Positions 48,649 to 56,850 of a stretch of 56,850 nucleotides of DNA are shown here, in pieces (within the stretch, counting starts at the first letter, position 1; each line of letters begins with the position of its first letter). Source of the stretch: a virus (Duplodnaviria > Caudoviricetes); the IMG/VR virus record IMGVR_UViG_3300046171_000223, positions 1 through 56,850 of that record; one strand, written 5' to 3'. Below the pieces are notes generated by a model. That model was given only the letters and a program-made list of their open reading frames with translations. It had not been told where the DNA came from and did no database searches. The translations under genes and the position numbers were made by a program.

Positions 48649-50404
48649 GACTGAAATGCCTGTAGGAGTTTCGTGGTATATTTGGTTGCTCATTAAGAAA
48701 TATGCGGTTCGCAGGATGTCGGGTAGCACCCCAGCAAGCTAATGCAGCAGACATTACACAGTCATCATGAGCACCTGTGTTGGCTGCTTCTTTTCCATTT
48801 GGTAAGGTTACAAAAGTCATTAGCTCATCTACTAAAACCGGAGACCGAATCAAAAAAGACTCATCTCGGAGTAATTCTCTTAGAGTGTCTATTAACTGAG
48901 GACGAGACTTGATCGTTGTTAGAAAGCCTACTCGCTTTGTTCTTTTCTGCCCTCTCTCGTCCAGCCGAATCTCGTTGTACAAGTGCGTATAATTATGTTT
49001 GTCCAACAGAGATCTGAGAGTCACCAAACCGTGATTGTTTCGCTCAACGACCACTAAAGCTTCGTTAAAATACTGAGCAAGCGTAACAACCTTCCAAGCA
49101 AGCTGATCAGGATCTACTTTTGTCCGTAGATGGGCTACCTGCTCCATCGTAAATCCGTCAATGACTACTGCTACCGACCAATCCGTATCACGATCATTGA
49201 CCTCTATTCCTTCGGCAACGTCTACCCCAATCCGATACTCACGATTGGGTATTGGTTCTGCGTAGAGTTCCAACTCTCCTGTCGGATCTGGTTCCATCAA
49301 GTACTTCAAGATACCGTTGGTTGCGTCAGATCGATTTGTTGGAAGCGTATACTTTTCTGGTTTCTTTTGAGACTCTACTCTAGATCGTATTCTCTCCAGT
49401 GCATCTCGGTTGAAGACCATCCGTCCGGTTGCCAGAAAGGCTTCCCGACTACTTGTTGGATAATCCTGATGCATTTGGTCTAGTGAACCTTGACAGTTCA
49501 CATCAATACTCAACCTACGCCACTTCAGATTTTCTAGTGAGACCTCAAAGGTCTCGGGGTCTTTATTTCCTAAGTCATAAGAGATAGACTCTTCAAGTAA
49601 CCGTAGTTCTTCTTCACCCCCGTATCGGGGATCTTTACCAACGGATGCTTCGAACTCTTCCCTCTCTGCTTCCGAAGAAAAAGGAAGGGTGTAATCGTCA
49701 AAGACATACCAAGGAAAAAATGTCGCTTCCCACCCACCTCGGGATTCTTCCTTATATGCTGACCAGTAGCTGTCATAGAAGTAACCACCCATTCCACGGG
49801 CAGTACTTTCTAGGATTACCTCTGTACCCTCGGCAATCGCTACGTTTCGGAGAAGAGCACCAGCATAATCAAAGGCTTTATCTCCCCAACGAGACACTTC
49901 TGAACAGTGTAGATGCTTAATTTGATCACCGACAATGTCAGATCCTCCTGCTGTACCTAAACGGAAGCGCACGTTTAAGTCAGAGAAAGAAAGTTCCCGT
50001 TTACCCGAATACCCTTCTTTTGGTTTTAAAGGTGTCGGGTAGTGCTTGAGCATCAACCTCACCATATTGAACAAGGTGATGGTTGTCGGTTCATCGTGAG
50101 CTATAATTGCTACCCTCATGTTTTGTCCGAGCAGGGCAGCACGAAAGAACCTAGCCAAGCAGTATGTCGAGAGTCCAGATCTTCTGGGTTTTAAAACAAC
50201 TTGTCTAACAAACCCTGTCTTCTTTTTCTGTCTCTCACATCGATAATGAAGAATTCTCTGAACATTGTTAAGTTCAAAGGGTATCAACTCTCCTGTACCG
50301 AATTTTTCAATCTGGAACTTTGAAAAGTGCCAAAGCGGATCGTCTTTTAGCTGAGATAAGACTTTTAGAAATGCCTCTGAGTTTCTCATCACCAACCAAG
50401 ACAA
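48641..50404 (-). CDS. terL: Terminase large subunit
   Basis: LKPRRSGLST, HCSE, ESTA, FFPW, GVDVAEG, ERNNHG, HDDCVM; true start may be ~50389. Confidence 0.93.
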   Translation of the reverse strand: MSWLVMRNSEAFLKVLSQLKDDPLWHFSKFQIEKFGTGELIPFELNNVQRILHYRCERQKKKTGFVRQVVLKPRRSGLSTYCLARFFRAALLGQNMRVAIIAHDEPTTITLFNMVRLMLKHYPTPLKPKEGYSGKRELSFSDLNVRFRLGTAGGSDIVGDQIKHLHCSEVSRWGDKAFDYAGALLRNVAIAEGTEVILESTARGMGGYFYDSYWSAYKEESRGGWEATFFPWYVFDDYTLPFSSEAEREEFEASVGKDPRYGGEEELRLLEESISYDLGNKDPETFEVSLENLKWRRLSIDVNCQGSLDQMHQDYPTSSREAFLATGRMVFNRDALERIRSRVESQKKPEKYTLPTNRSDATNGILKYLMEPDPTGELELYAEPIPNREYRIGVDVAEGIEVNDRDTDWSVAVVIDGFTMEQVAHLRTKVDPDQLAWKVVTLAQYFNEALVVVERNNHGLVTLRSLLDKHNYTHLYNEIRLDERGQKRTKRVGFLTTIKSRPQLIDTLRELLRDESFLIRSPVLVDELMTFVTLPNGKEAANTGAHDDCVMSAALACWGATRHPANRIFLNEQPNIPRNSYRHFSHV

Positions 50405-50693
50405 TTAACTGAATGTTGTAGGATTTAAAAATGTCCTTGATCTCCGAGATGTTGTCGGGTTCCTTGTAGTGATAAGTGACTCCGACAAAGCGTTTTTTCG
50501 GCAAACACTTCTGGTTGATCAGTAACTGTCCTAGCAACTCCTTCCAGTTCTCATACTTCTTACACTCAATGATCGTGTCTCCAACCACGAGATCTACTCG
50601 TCCTAGCCGAGTTTGTACCTCACGGTCACCACCTAAGTTCATCTGAAGATACTGAACGATTTCAGATTCTTTGATGTCGGGTCTACGATTCAT
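50307..50693 (-). CDS. PD-(D/E)XK-family nuclease-like protein
   Basis: EV...GRVDLV...IIECK...LGQL. Confidence 0.65.
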   Translation of the reverse strand: MNRRPDIKESEIVQYLQMNLGGDREVQTRLGRVDLVVGDTIIECKKYENWKELLGQLLINQKCLPKKRFVGVTYHYKEPDNISEIKDIFKSYNIQLIVLVGDEKLRGISKSLISAKRRSALALFKVPD

Positions 50694-50739
50694 CTAAAAC
50701 GTTGATTATACAGTATAACTAATAAAGTTACAAGATAGG

Positions 50740-51363
50740 TCAGTAGCCAAACGCTTTTAGGGAATCTTGAAAGCGATCCTCTATTTTCACGAGTCGGAGC
50801 ATCTCTTCTGCAATGTCACAGATCTCTCGTTGAGCATGATCACTCATGCGTAATTTTAAAAAGCTCATAAAGCTTCTAAAGTTAAAGGTCACCACAAAGC
50901 GGATCTGGTTCGCATATGGTAGTAGAAACCGAGCAGATTCTTTTGCTCTAGAACGAGAAATTCCTGCTTCTTCCAGTTCCTTGATTGTCAAATGGTACTC
51001 CTTCTGTGCCTGTCGGATGACCTGTTCTGTCCGGGCCACTAGATCTTCAGGCCAATCTTCCGGTAAATAATAAGAATCTCGTTTCAGTTCTTTGTACCGT
51101 GCGGACTCACTATTGATGCTCACCCCGATCCGATGCTTGAGGAATTGAATGTGCGTTGCCATTTCAGATTGAACTCTAAAAGAAATCAGACTGTGCTCAA
51201 AAGGAGTCTCATGTTGATTCTCTGCTAAAAACTTCAATAACTTAGGAACCCTATCTAAATTGTCTTCGGTTAGTTCCTGATTGGTGCTGGCCCAAGCAGC
51301 ACGAGCATGAGATAAATCAGACCCTGCAATTTCTAAAAGAGTAACTGTATTTGTACTAAGCAT
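50740..51363 (-). CDS. thyX: Flavin-dependent thymidylate synthase
   Basis: HETPFEH, KHRIGVSINSESARY, ESARFLLP, LRMSDHAQREI. Confidence 0.92.
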   Translation of the reverse strand: MLSTNTVTLLEIAGSDLSHARAAWASTNQELTEDNLDRVPKLLKFLAENQHETPFEHSLISFRVQSEMATHIQFLKHRIGVSINSESARYKELKRDSYYLPEDWPEDLVARTEQVIRQAQKEYHLTIKELEEAGISRSRAKESARFLLPYANQIRFVVTFNFRSFMSFLKLRMSDHAQREICDIAEEMLRLVKIEDRFQDSLKAFGY

Positions 51364-51718
51364 TATCCTTCACAAACTTACCGTTGATCATCTTCCCTGT
51401 CCGCTTGCTGATGATGTTGTACACACTCTGTACACACTCTTCCATCGTCAGACCCCACTTCACTGACTGCATGACCAGAGTCACATAGATATCCCCGATA
51501 GCATCCTTGATCTCGTCTTGGTTATTCTCTTGGATCGCTATCTCCAACTCCTTTACTTCTTCTAAGGTCTTTTCAAACTGCGATCTCGGTGTCGAATGGT
51601 AACGGATACCTGTAGTTTCACCCCACTCTTCAATCTTTCTTGTTAGTTGATCTAGGTTTGACCAACTTGTCGAAGTTGTGTCGGGCTGAGAGTTGTCGTT
51701 GTAGTCTTCGTTTGGCAT
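51356..51718 (-). CDS. MazG-like nucleotide pyrophosphohydrolase
   Basis: QFEKTLEEVKEL...DAIGDIYVTL...RTGKMINGKFVK. Confidence 0.85.
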   Translation of the reverse strand: MPNEDYNDNSQPDTTSTSWSNLDQLTRKIEEWGETTGIRYHSTPRSQFEKTLEEVKELEIAIQENNQDEIKDAIGDIYVTLVMQSVKWGLTMEECVQSVYNIISKRTGKMINGKFVKDNA

Positions 51719-51977
51719 CTCGCTTTGCGGTATAGCGTTTAAATTTACCAGCTTCCATCTGCTTAACTTGCATGTAGATGTCTTTATTGGGCATACCCTC
51801 GTAGATAATCTGCTCCATATCGACTAAGCGAATAAAGTTCTTACCCTCAATAACTCTTACCTTCAACTTCCCATGCTCTACCCAACTTTGTAGTTTTTCT
51901 CGTCTGCACCCGAGTAGTTCTGCTGCTTCTGTCAGGGAGAAGTAAGGCTCTACACAATGTTCCATCATGAAGACCAT
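51630..51977 (-). CDS. Excisionase-like HTH DNA-binding protein
   Basis: YFSLTEAAELLGC...LQSWVEHGKL. Confidence 0.7.
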   Translation of the reverse strand: MVFMMEHCVEPYFSLTEAAELLGCRREKLQSWVEHGKLKVRVIEGKNFIRLVDMEQIIYEGMPNKDIYMQVKQMEAGKFKRYTAKRDAKRRLQRQLSARHNFDKLVKPRSTNKKD

Positions 51978-52009
51978 CCTATCCCAGTTCTTCTGCAGTA
52001 CTCGGGGAT

Positions 52010-52228
52010 CTATTTTCCCGACTTGTCTCCGGCTAAAAAAGACTCTGCGGTGTGCTTGATCATTAGCACCTCGTCATCTGTCAACAGATAGCTATCCTTA
52101 TTGGTCGGGTCTTTGAGTACTCTCTCCCACATACGCAGCATAGGAACCATCAAAGTTGTTGTGCGTGTCATGTATTCCTGAAAATCAGGAGTCATATCTT
52201 TCACCTTGTCGAAGTTAGGAGTTTTCAT
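52010..52228 (-). CDS. Hypothetical protein
   Basis: 72-aa ORF with ATGA coupling. Confidence 0.65.
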   Translation of the reverse strand: MKTPNFDKVKDMTPDFQEYMTRTTTLMVPMLRMWERVLKDPTNKDSYLLTDDEVLMIKHTAESFLAGDKSGK

Positions 52229-52479
52229 ACTATCCTTTCGGTTTTCCCGGTTTGTACGTTGTAGACTCGTGTTTTGAGTTTTGATTTCAGCTTCTGCAGA
52301 TAAAGCGTTGCATCCATCAACTCTTCCATTAGATGATCAACCCATTGATCAAAGTCTAAATCTTCACGATCCATAGTATGTCCGTACTTTGCCTGTCCCA
52401 CTTGAGCACGTTCACAGTATTTCTCGACTACGGATTTTAAAACAGAGTCCGTTTCTAGGACTGTCGATACATCCATCAA
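52225..52479 (-). CDS. Small phage protein, possibly all-alpha NTP-PPase-like
   Basis: RAQVGQAKYG...HLMEELMDATLY. Confidence 0.65.
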   Translation of the reverse strand: MMDVSTVLETDSVLKSVVEKYCERAQVGQAKYGHTMDREDLDFDQWVDHLMEELMDATLYLQKLKSKLKTRVYNVQTGKTERIV

Positions 52480-53144
52480 TTAATTTGCTCAGAAATATCT
52501 AGTTTTTTCAGCACCCTAACTGCTTCTTCAACCCCAATTTCGTGAGGATTCATTTGATCAGACATCAAAGCAGGTTGAAATTTATCAAGTAATTCCAGCA
52601 ACATATGAAATTCGTAGTGTGGAAACTCCGTGTCTTCTTCAATAGCCACCATTTGTGAGTCTTTATCATCAGGTAAGTGCTCACTCATGTACTCAGAGAG
52701 AAATCTGATCAATAAAAAGATCAAATTCTGGTCTATTTCAAAGACATCTCCTTCTGAATCTGGCTCAATTTCAGCTTCTAACTCCTCAATTCTGTCCAGA
52801 ACGATCTCGACTCTAGGCCATTCACGGTCAACAGCCATTCGATTGTAGGTTACAGAGTCTAATTGACTATCGTCCGGGTAGATCCCGGCATGTTGGAGTG
52901 CGTCCTGTAGTGCTTTTCCACAGAAATTGTCCAGATCTCGCCTTCTATTGTCGGGGGGATAGAAACTTACATCCAATGAAAGTCGATCATCCTTAGAAAA
53001 CCTCTCAATATCGGCAATCGTGTCTACTAAAGCGATGACGTTTTTGCGGAACTCCATACCTGCAGGACTGATAATCAGCTTGTTGCGGTATTTCTTGTAA
53101 TAAGTGTTGACCGAAGGGGGTAGCGGAAGAGTCAATTCAAGCAT
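52476..53144 (-). CDS. rusA: RusA-family Holliday junction resolvase with acidic C-terminal extension
   Basis: LPLPPSVNTYY, PPDNRRRDLDN..GKALQDAL...DDSQ. Confidence 0.88.
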   Translation of the reverse strand: MLELTLPLPPSVNTYYKKYRNKLIISPAGMEFRKNVIALVDTIADIERFSKDDRLSLDVSFYPPDNRRRDLDNFCGKALQDALQHAGIYPDDSQLDSVTYNRMAVDREWPRVEIVLDRIEELEAEIEPDSEGDVFEIDQNLIFLLIRFLSEYMSEHLPDDKDSQMVAIEEDTEFPHYEFHMLLELLDKFQPALMSDQMNPHEIGVEEAVRVLKKLDISEQIN

Positions 53145-53155
53145 TGAACGCCTTG

Positions 53156-53413
53156 TTACTTCTTAGATCGTCCGGGTTGATTCCTAGCACGGTTTTTACT
53201 GGCCTTCTCGTTGACTAGCGTACCGTTTTTCGTGTGGGACTTGTCATACCCCTTTGGACTAGGCTTAGTCCGGTTAGCTTGGTTTAGTTTAGCCCGATAC
53301 TTCTTACGTTCGGGTGTTGAATGGTACTCTGAATCGTACTTTTTCTTGTTTTCAGAGGCTTTCTGTTTGCCCTGTCCAGCTAACTTGTTTCTTCGTTGGG
53401 GTACTTTCTTCAT
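53156..53413 (-). CDS. Basic protein with degenerate HNH-like motif
   Basis: YHSTPERKKYRAKLN...DKSH...KNRARN. Confidence 0.6.
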   Translation of the reverse strand: MKKVPQRRNKLAGQGKQKASENKKKYDSEYHSTPERKKYRAKLNQANRTKPSPKGYDKSHTKNGTLVNEKASKNRARNQPGRSKK

Positions 53414-53416
53414 ATT

Positions 53417-53614
53417 TCACTTTACAGATAATTTTCGTTCTAAAATCAGGTAGTTGTCTGAATCGTTATTGTCGGGGTGCTCCTCTCGGAATCTCTCAAT
53501 GGCGTTCTTTTCGGCAGAAATCAACCCGATAGTGCTCCCTAGAACGGGTCGGGTCTCTTCGTAGTCAGTGACTTGCGTTTGGTTGTAGTTGGTCACCCTA
53601 AATCGGAAGCGCAC
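53417..53614 (-). CDS. Hypothetical protein
   Basis: 65-aa GTG-start ORF heading the operon. Confidence 0.5.
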   Translation of the reverse strand: MRFRFRVTNYNQTQVTDYEETRPVLGSTIGLISAEKNAIERFREEHPDNNDSDNYLILERKLSVK

Positions 53615-53674
53615 TTGCTATTTAAAAAATTGCATCGGTGTAAAAATGGCTGGAGTCCCATAATAATAAGATAC

Positions 53675-53704
53675 GAGGGGGTCGGAGACCCCCTCCCCCC
53701 CCTC
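53675..53704. other. G/C-rich hairpin and C-tract
   Basis: GAGGGGGTC-gga-GACCCCCTC followed by a C run. Confidence 0.6.
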
Positions 53705-53847
53705 TTCTGATTTTCCTTTTTTCTGCTGTCGATTGGATATCTTGAGATGTCGATTGTCTTGACTTTAAAACGTCAAAAGAATGAACAATCTTAGACAGTT
53801 AACAGGTAATCAAGTGCTCTATCTTTGTAAGTCACTAAAATCATTTG

Positions 53848-54333
53848 CTATTTTTTCTTATCATCTAATAACTGTTGGAGTTGTGCTTCATAATTAATCT
53901 CAATGTCTGTTTTATCTCTGCCTTTTTTCATCGTCTCAAGTACTCGTGCCGCTAGTTGAACTTGTCCTGTCTCAATGCAATACTTAACAAGATCCATCTG
54001 AACCTGTTCGATGTTAGCAGAGTTCCAAGTCTCTGATTTTACTTGTAATTTTGAGGCTTCGGCACGTTCAAAAAGTCTGAGTTTGTCTGCTAACAAGTTT
54101 AGTGCGGCTAAACTACCTCGAACGTCTTTCTTTTTGCTAGCTACTTGATATTGCTCGTGAATTTGCTCCGCTAACCAGAGAACATCAAGTTCACTTAACA
54201 ATTTCAACCGTTTTTCTTTGACTTCGTTTATCAAGTTTCGTTTAGCAGTATGAAATTGATCTAAATCTTTTGGTATGCCTAATTTCTTCGTATCTAATTG
54301 ATATCTAACGCTTTTTTCATTTTCTTTGATCAT
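53848..54333 (-). CDS. Putative terminase small subunit
   Basis: Helical WLAEQI...DVRGSLAALNLLADKLRLF resembles TerS oligomerisation region; first gene of the late arm. Confidence 0.5.
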   Translation of the reverse strand: MIKENEKSVRYQLDTKKLGIPKDLDQFHTAKRNLINEVKEKRLKLLSELDVLWLAEQIHEQYQVASKKKDVRGSLAALNLLADKLRLFERAEASKLQVKSETWNSANIEQVQMDLVKYCIETGQVQLAARVLETMKKGRDKTDIEINYEAQLQQLLDDKKK

Positions 54334-54440
54334 AAGGCAAAAACCATGCAAATTTTCTGATCATCTTACTACAAAACGAAAAAAAAGCCAAGACTAGCTA
54401 TCAAATAGAAAAAAATAGATAAACGATCAAAAGACCATTA

Positions 54441-54850
54441 AACAAGACAGACAAGACAGGCAAAAAATCAGACTGTTTTTCTCTATGTCGCTGATATCAT
54501 AGTTTTTTCTGTCCTATAACTACAAGACAGGCAAAATATAAAACTTTTCAGCAGGGGGAAATATCACTATTTTCGTTACATAATTGTAAGATATGTAACT
54601 ATTATCTTATATTTTACCTTATACTTTTTATATTTATTATTTGCCTGTCTTGCTGTCTTAAATATAAAAAAAGTAATAATAATAGAAAGTTATAAGAAAA
54701 TCTTACTGTCTTGTTTCTGTCTTTTTACTGTCTTGTCTGTCTTATTTTTGGCTATTATTCAAATACTTAAATATTATGGTATTTTAATTATGTTTGGATC
54801 GTGTAACCAAAAACCAGAAATTAGGACAGGACAGAAAAAAGTACTGTCTT
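54441..54850. repeat. Iteron-like AAGACAG/CTGTCTT arrays around an AT-rich core; putative replication origin
   Basis: 3 AAGACAG, 7 CTGTCTT and 3 AGGACAG-type copies in a non-coding AT-rich region. Confidence 0.7.
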
Positions 54851-54943
54851 ATTTTTGACAGAGATCTCACAAGTATTTTGAATTTTTATTTTCAATTATT
54901 TCAACTACTTACAGTTTTTCATACAGTTTAAAGAAAAAAATGC

Positions 54944-54972
54944 TTGACCATGACAAGGCAGTCTCATAATAT
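54944..54972 (+). promoter_or_regulatory. First early promoter
   Basis: A-tract, TTGACC-17-TAATAT; hairpin ATCAAACA...TGTTTGAT at 54980-55015. Confidence 0.7.
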
Positions 54973-55058
54973 CTCACTCATCAAACAAAACGATTGACTT
55001 CGATTTCTGTTTGATACTAGTAACATTTAATTTTTCCCTAATTTATCGGAGATCTGAC

Positions 55059-55259
55059 ATGTCAAATCATTATTATTTCGAAGACAAGCTAGGTAGTCGA
55101 GAAATTTCTCTAGTTCAATTTAGAGATCTATTGAAAAAATATAAACCGTCAATGGTTTCTTCTCTTCATTGCTCTTGTGTAGATGCTTATTCGTTTGTGT
55201 ATCGTTCAAAACGGTCTAAATACTCATTTGAAATTTCTGCTTTTTATCCAAACAGATAA
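55059..55259 (+). CDS. Hypothetical early protein
   Basis: ATCGGAG RBS before ATG 55059. Confidence 0.7.
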   Translation: MSNHYYFEDKLGSREISLVQFRDLLKKYKPSMVSSLHCSCVDAYSFVYRSKRSKYSFEISAFYPNR

Positions 55260-55262
55260 ATA

Positions 55263-55356
55263 ATATCTTGACACTCTCACGAGATCTCGACATCCTTTTG
55301 ATCTCGTGAGTATTTAGACCGTTTATTTTTTCCTAATTTATCGGAGATCGACAATG
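55263..55356 (+). repeat. Promoter/palindrome/RBS intergenic repeat, copy 1
   Basis: TTGACA 55268; CTCACGAGATC...GATCTCGTGAG; CTAATTTATCGGAGATC; near-identical to 55645-55736. Confidence 0.9.
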
Positions 55357-55641
55357 GAAACGCAAAAACATTTTGGATATTTTGGAGATTGTTTTGAGAT
55401 TGAATTGACTACAGAACAAATCAATCTTGCATCCCATCAAGGTAATTGCGAACAAGATGCACAAACCGTCGTGAAACAATCAAACGGTTTAAATATTCCA
55501 AGACAAGCAATGATTGACGGTTTGTCAGAGTATGGTGCGTGGGGTCGAGATGAATTAGCGGAAAAGTCAGATTTTGACTTGGAAACGTTAATTGTTTGGG
55601 TTGTAGCAGCTGATATAAAAGAAACACTAGTTTTTGAATAA
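55354..55641 (+). CDS. Acidic hypothetical phage protein
   Basis: SHQGNC...LSEYGAW...LIVWVVAADI; 18 D/E versus 6 K/R. Confidence 0.75.
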   Translation: METQKHFGYFGDCFEIELTTEQINLASHQGNCEQDAQTVVKQSNGLNIPRQAMIDGLSEYGAWGRDELAEKSDFDLETLIVWVVAADIKETLVFE

Positions 55642-55644
55642 TTT

Positions 55645-55736
55645 ATATCTTGACAGTCTCACGAGATCTCGACATCCTTTTGATCTCGTGAGTACTTAGA
55701 CCCTCTATTTTTCTAATTTATCGGAGATCTGACATG
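55645..55736 (+). repeat. Promoter/palindrome/RBS intergenic repeat, copy 2
   Basis: TTGACA 55650; same inverted repeat and RBS block as copy 1. Confidence 0.9.
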
Positions 55737-56489
55737 TCAAAGCAATTGACCACACCCAAAAGACTAACAGCGAAACACAATGGCGTTGTTTTGCACGAAG
55801 ATCAACATCGTGTTGTAATTATGACGGGGTTCAAACCCTCATCAAACCGTAAAACTGGTGAAATGTTGCAGGTTTGGATACTTGTAAAAGATCTTGATCC
55901 TATACAAGCATACAAGACAAAACAGGATCAATTGATTTGTGGGGATTGTCCGCACAGATGGGCTAGCGATGGCGCATGTTATGTCAACATCGGACAGGCT
56001 CCGCTATCCATCTATCGTGCATGGAAACGGGACAGATATGCATCGGGTGATGAATGGATAGAGTATTATCAAAATTTTGTCCTGCAAAATAATCTGCAAA
56101 TTAGATGGGGTGCATATGGTGATCCTGTCCATATTCCGCTTGCAAAAGTAGTTGCATGGAATTCGTTTGCTTATAGCTGGACAGGTTACACTCATCAATG
56201 GCGTATTAATCCCGAGTATATCGGTATCTATCAAGCATCTTGTGACAGTCTACAAGACAAACATGATGCTGAAAAACTAGGCTGGAAAACTTTCAGGGTC
56301 TTATATATTCCACACAATGCAGCGACCAATGCAGTTATACATCGTAAACAACTAGAACGTGATGAAATGATCTGTCCGGCTACAGTATCAGATATTACTT
56401 GTTCAAAATGCAATAAGTGCAACGGACGTTCTAAGAATGTAGTTGTGCAAGTGCATGGTGCAAGAAAATCTAAGTTTGCTCACGCTTAA
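55734..56489 (+). CDS. Cys-rich GP88-like phage protein (possible Fe-S/radical-SAM-like fold)
   Basis: SNRKTG, CGDCP, CYV, RWGAYGDP, TGYTH, ASCD, CPA, CSKCNKC. Confidence 0.65.
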   Translation: MSKQLTTPKRLTAKHNGVVLHEDQHRVVIMTGFKPSSNRKTGEMLQVWILVKDLDPIQAYKTKQDQLICGDCPHRWASDGACYVNIGQAPLSIYRAWKRDRYASGDEWIEYYQNFVLQNNLQIRWGAYGDPVHIPLAKVVAWNSFAYSWTGYTHQWRINPEYIGIYQASCDSLQDKHDAEKLGWKTFRVLYIPHNAATNAVIHRKQLERDEMICPATVSDITCSKCNKCNGRSKNVVVQVHGARKSKFAHA

Positions 56490-56491
56490 CT

Positions 56492-56527
56492 AATCTCGAC
56501 ATCATCGGGGTCTTACTTGATCCCGAT
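56492..56527. promoter_or_regulatory. Overlapping palindromes (three half-sites)
   Basis: AATCTCGA-catca-TCGGGGTC-ttactt-GATCCCGA. Confidence 0.65.
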
Positions 56528-56558
56528 ATACTTAAACACTCTAAACAGAGTAAAGACC

Positions 56559-56684
56559 ATGCAAAATCAAACAGCACTAGAGAGACTAGATCAGATAATT
56601 GCTACAAGAAAACCGAAAACAAATGCAGAGATCAGAAGACTAAAACAGGTGCGTGAACTTTTAATTAAAACCTACAAAAAATAA
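56559..56684 (+). CDS. Small basic hypothetical protein (41 aa)
   Basis: MQNQTALERLDQIIATRKPK...LIKTYKK. Confidence 0.55.
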   Translation: MQNQTALERLDQIIATRKPKTNAEIRRLKQVRELLIKTYKK

Positions 56685-56685
56685 C

Positions 56686-56782
56686 TTGAAATACTCACAA
56701 GATCCCAATACAATTGGGATCATCAATTGAGTTTGTTTAGACTGTCCATTGAATTGCGAACATCAGACAAACTCACTTGATG
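56686..56782 (+). promoter_or_regulatory. Promoter with perfect palindrome and long leader hairpin
   Basis: TTGAAA-17-TACAAT; GATCCCAA-tacaa-TTGGGATC; CATCAA-t-TGAGTTTGTTT pairs with AGACAAACTCA-c-TTGATG. Confidence 0.8.
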
Positions 56783-56818
56783 ATCAACTAATTACTAACA
56801 GCTATCGGAGCACAGACA

Positions 56819-56850
56819 ATGGAAACAAGAGAAGAAATACTGCAACGATT
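56819..56850 (+). CDS. 5' part of junction-spanning 60-aa protein
   Basis: ATCGGAG RBS and ATG; continues at position 1. Confidence 0.7.
   Translation, partial: METREEILQR

Larger units (their letters stand above)
1..56850. mobile_element. Complete (circularised) temperate tailed phage genome, podovirus-like
   Basis: Terminase, portal, capsid, adaptor, nozzle-like and ejection-like proteins; no tape measure or sheath seen; integrase, repressor and attP-like tRNA fragment; ORF continuous across window ends. Confidence 0.9.

Noticed and set aside
55263-55736. Repeats as a CRISPR array
   Set aside because: Only two long copies, separated by a whole gene and containing promoter and RBS elements; no cas operon

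Overview
The window looks like a complete, circularised ~56.9-kb genome of a temperate, podovirus-like tailed phage. One 60-aa ORF reads in frame across the two window ends. The + strand arm (54.9 kb, across the junction, to 20.0 kb) carries an early region of small unknown genes, many with their own sigma70-type promoter, a recurrent 21-bp palindrome and a leader hairpin. It continues with a class II monomeric RNR, a reversed integrase/XRE-repressor pair and an APSE-like replication module (SNF2 helicase, DUF2800-like nuclease, SSB, family A polymerase, primase-helicase). The - strand arm (54.3 to 20.2 kb) carries RusA, MazG-like and ThyX genes, terminase, portal, scaffold, N4-gp56-like capsid, adaptor, tail fibres, lysis genes, small basic proteins, a large nozzle-like protein and very large ejection-type proteins. 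The arms converge on a 3' tRNA-Arg(TCG) fragment (putative attP, ~9 kb from the integrase) and diverge from an iteron-rich AT-rich putative origin. Many frameshifts (DUF932-like gene, capsid, 25.6-33.6 kb) are best explained as uncorrected sequencing indels. The most novel-looking signals are the promoter/palindrome/hairpin cassette system with a shared RNA loop, a three-domain structured RNA at 6.26-6.49 kb, a repeat-bounded ASCH module inside the giant ejection protein, and a nested-repeat insertion in the tail nozzle protein. All family assignments come from motif recognition by eye; no database searches were run.
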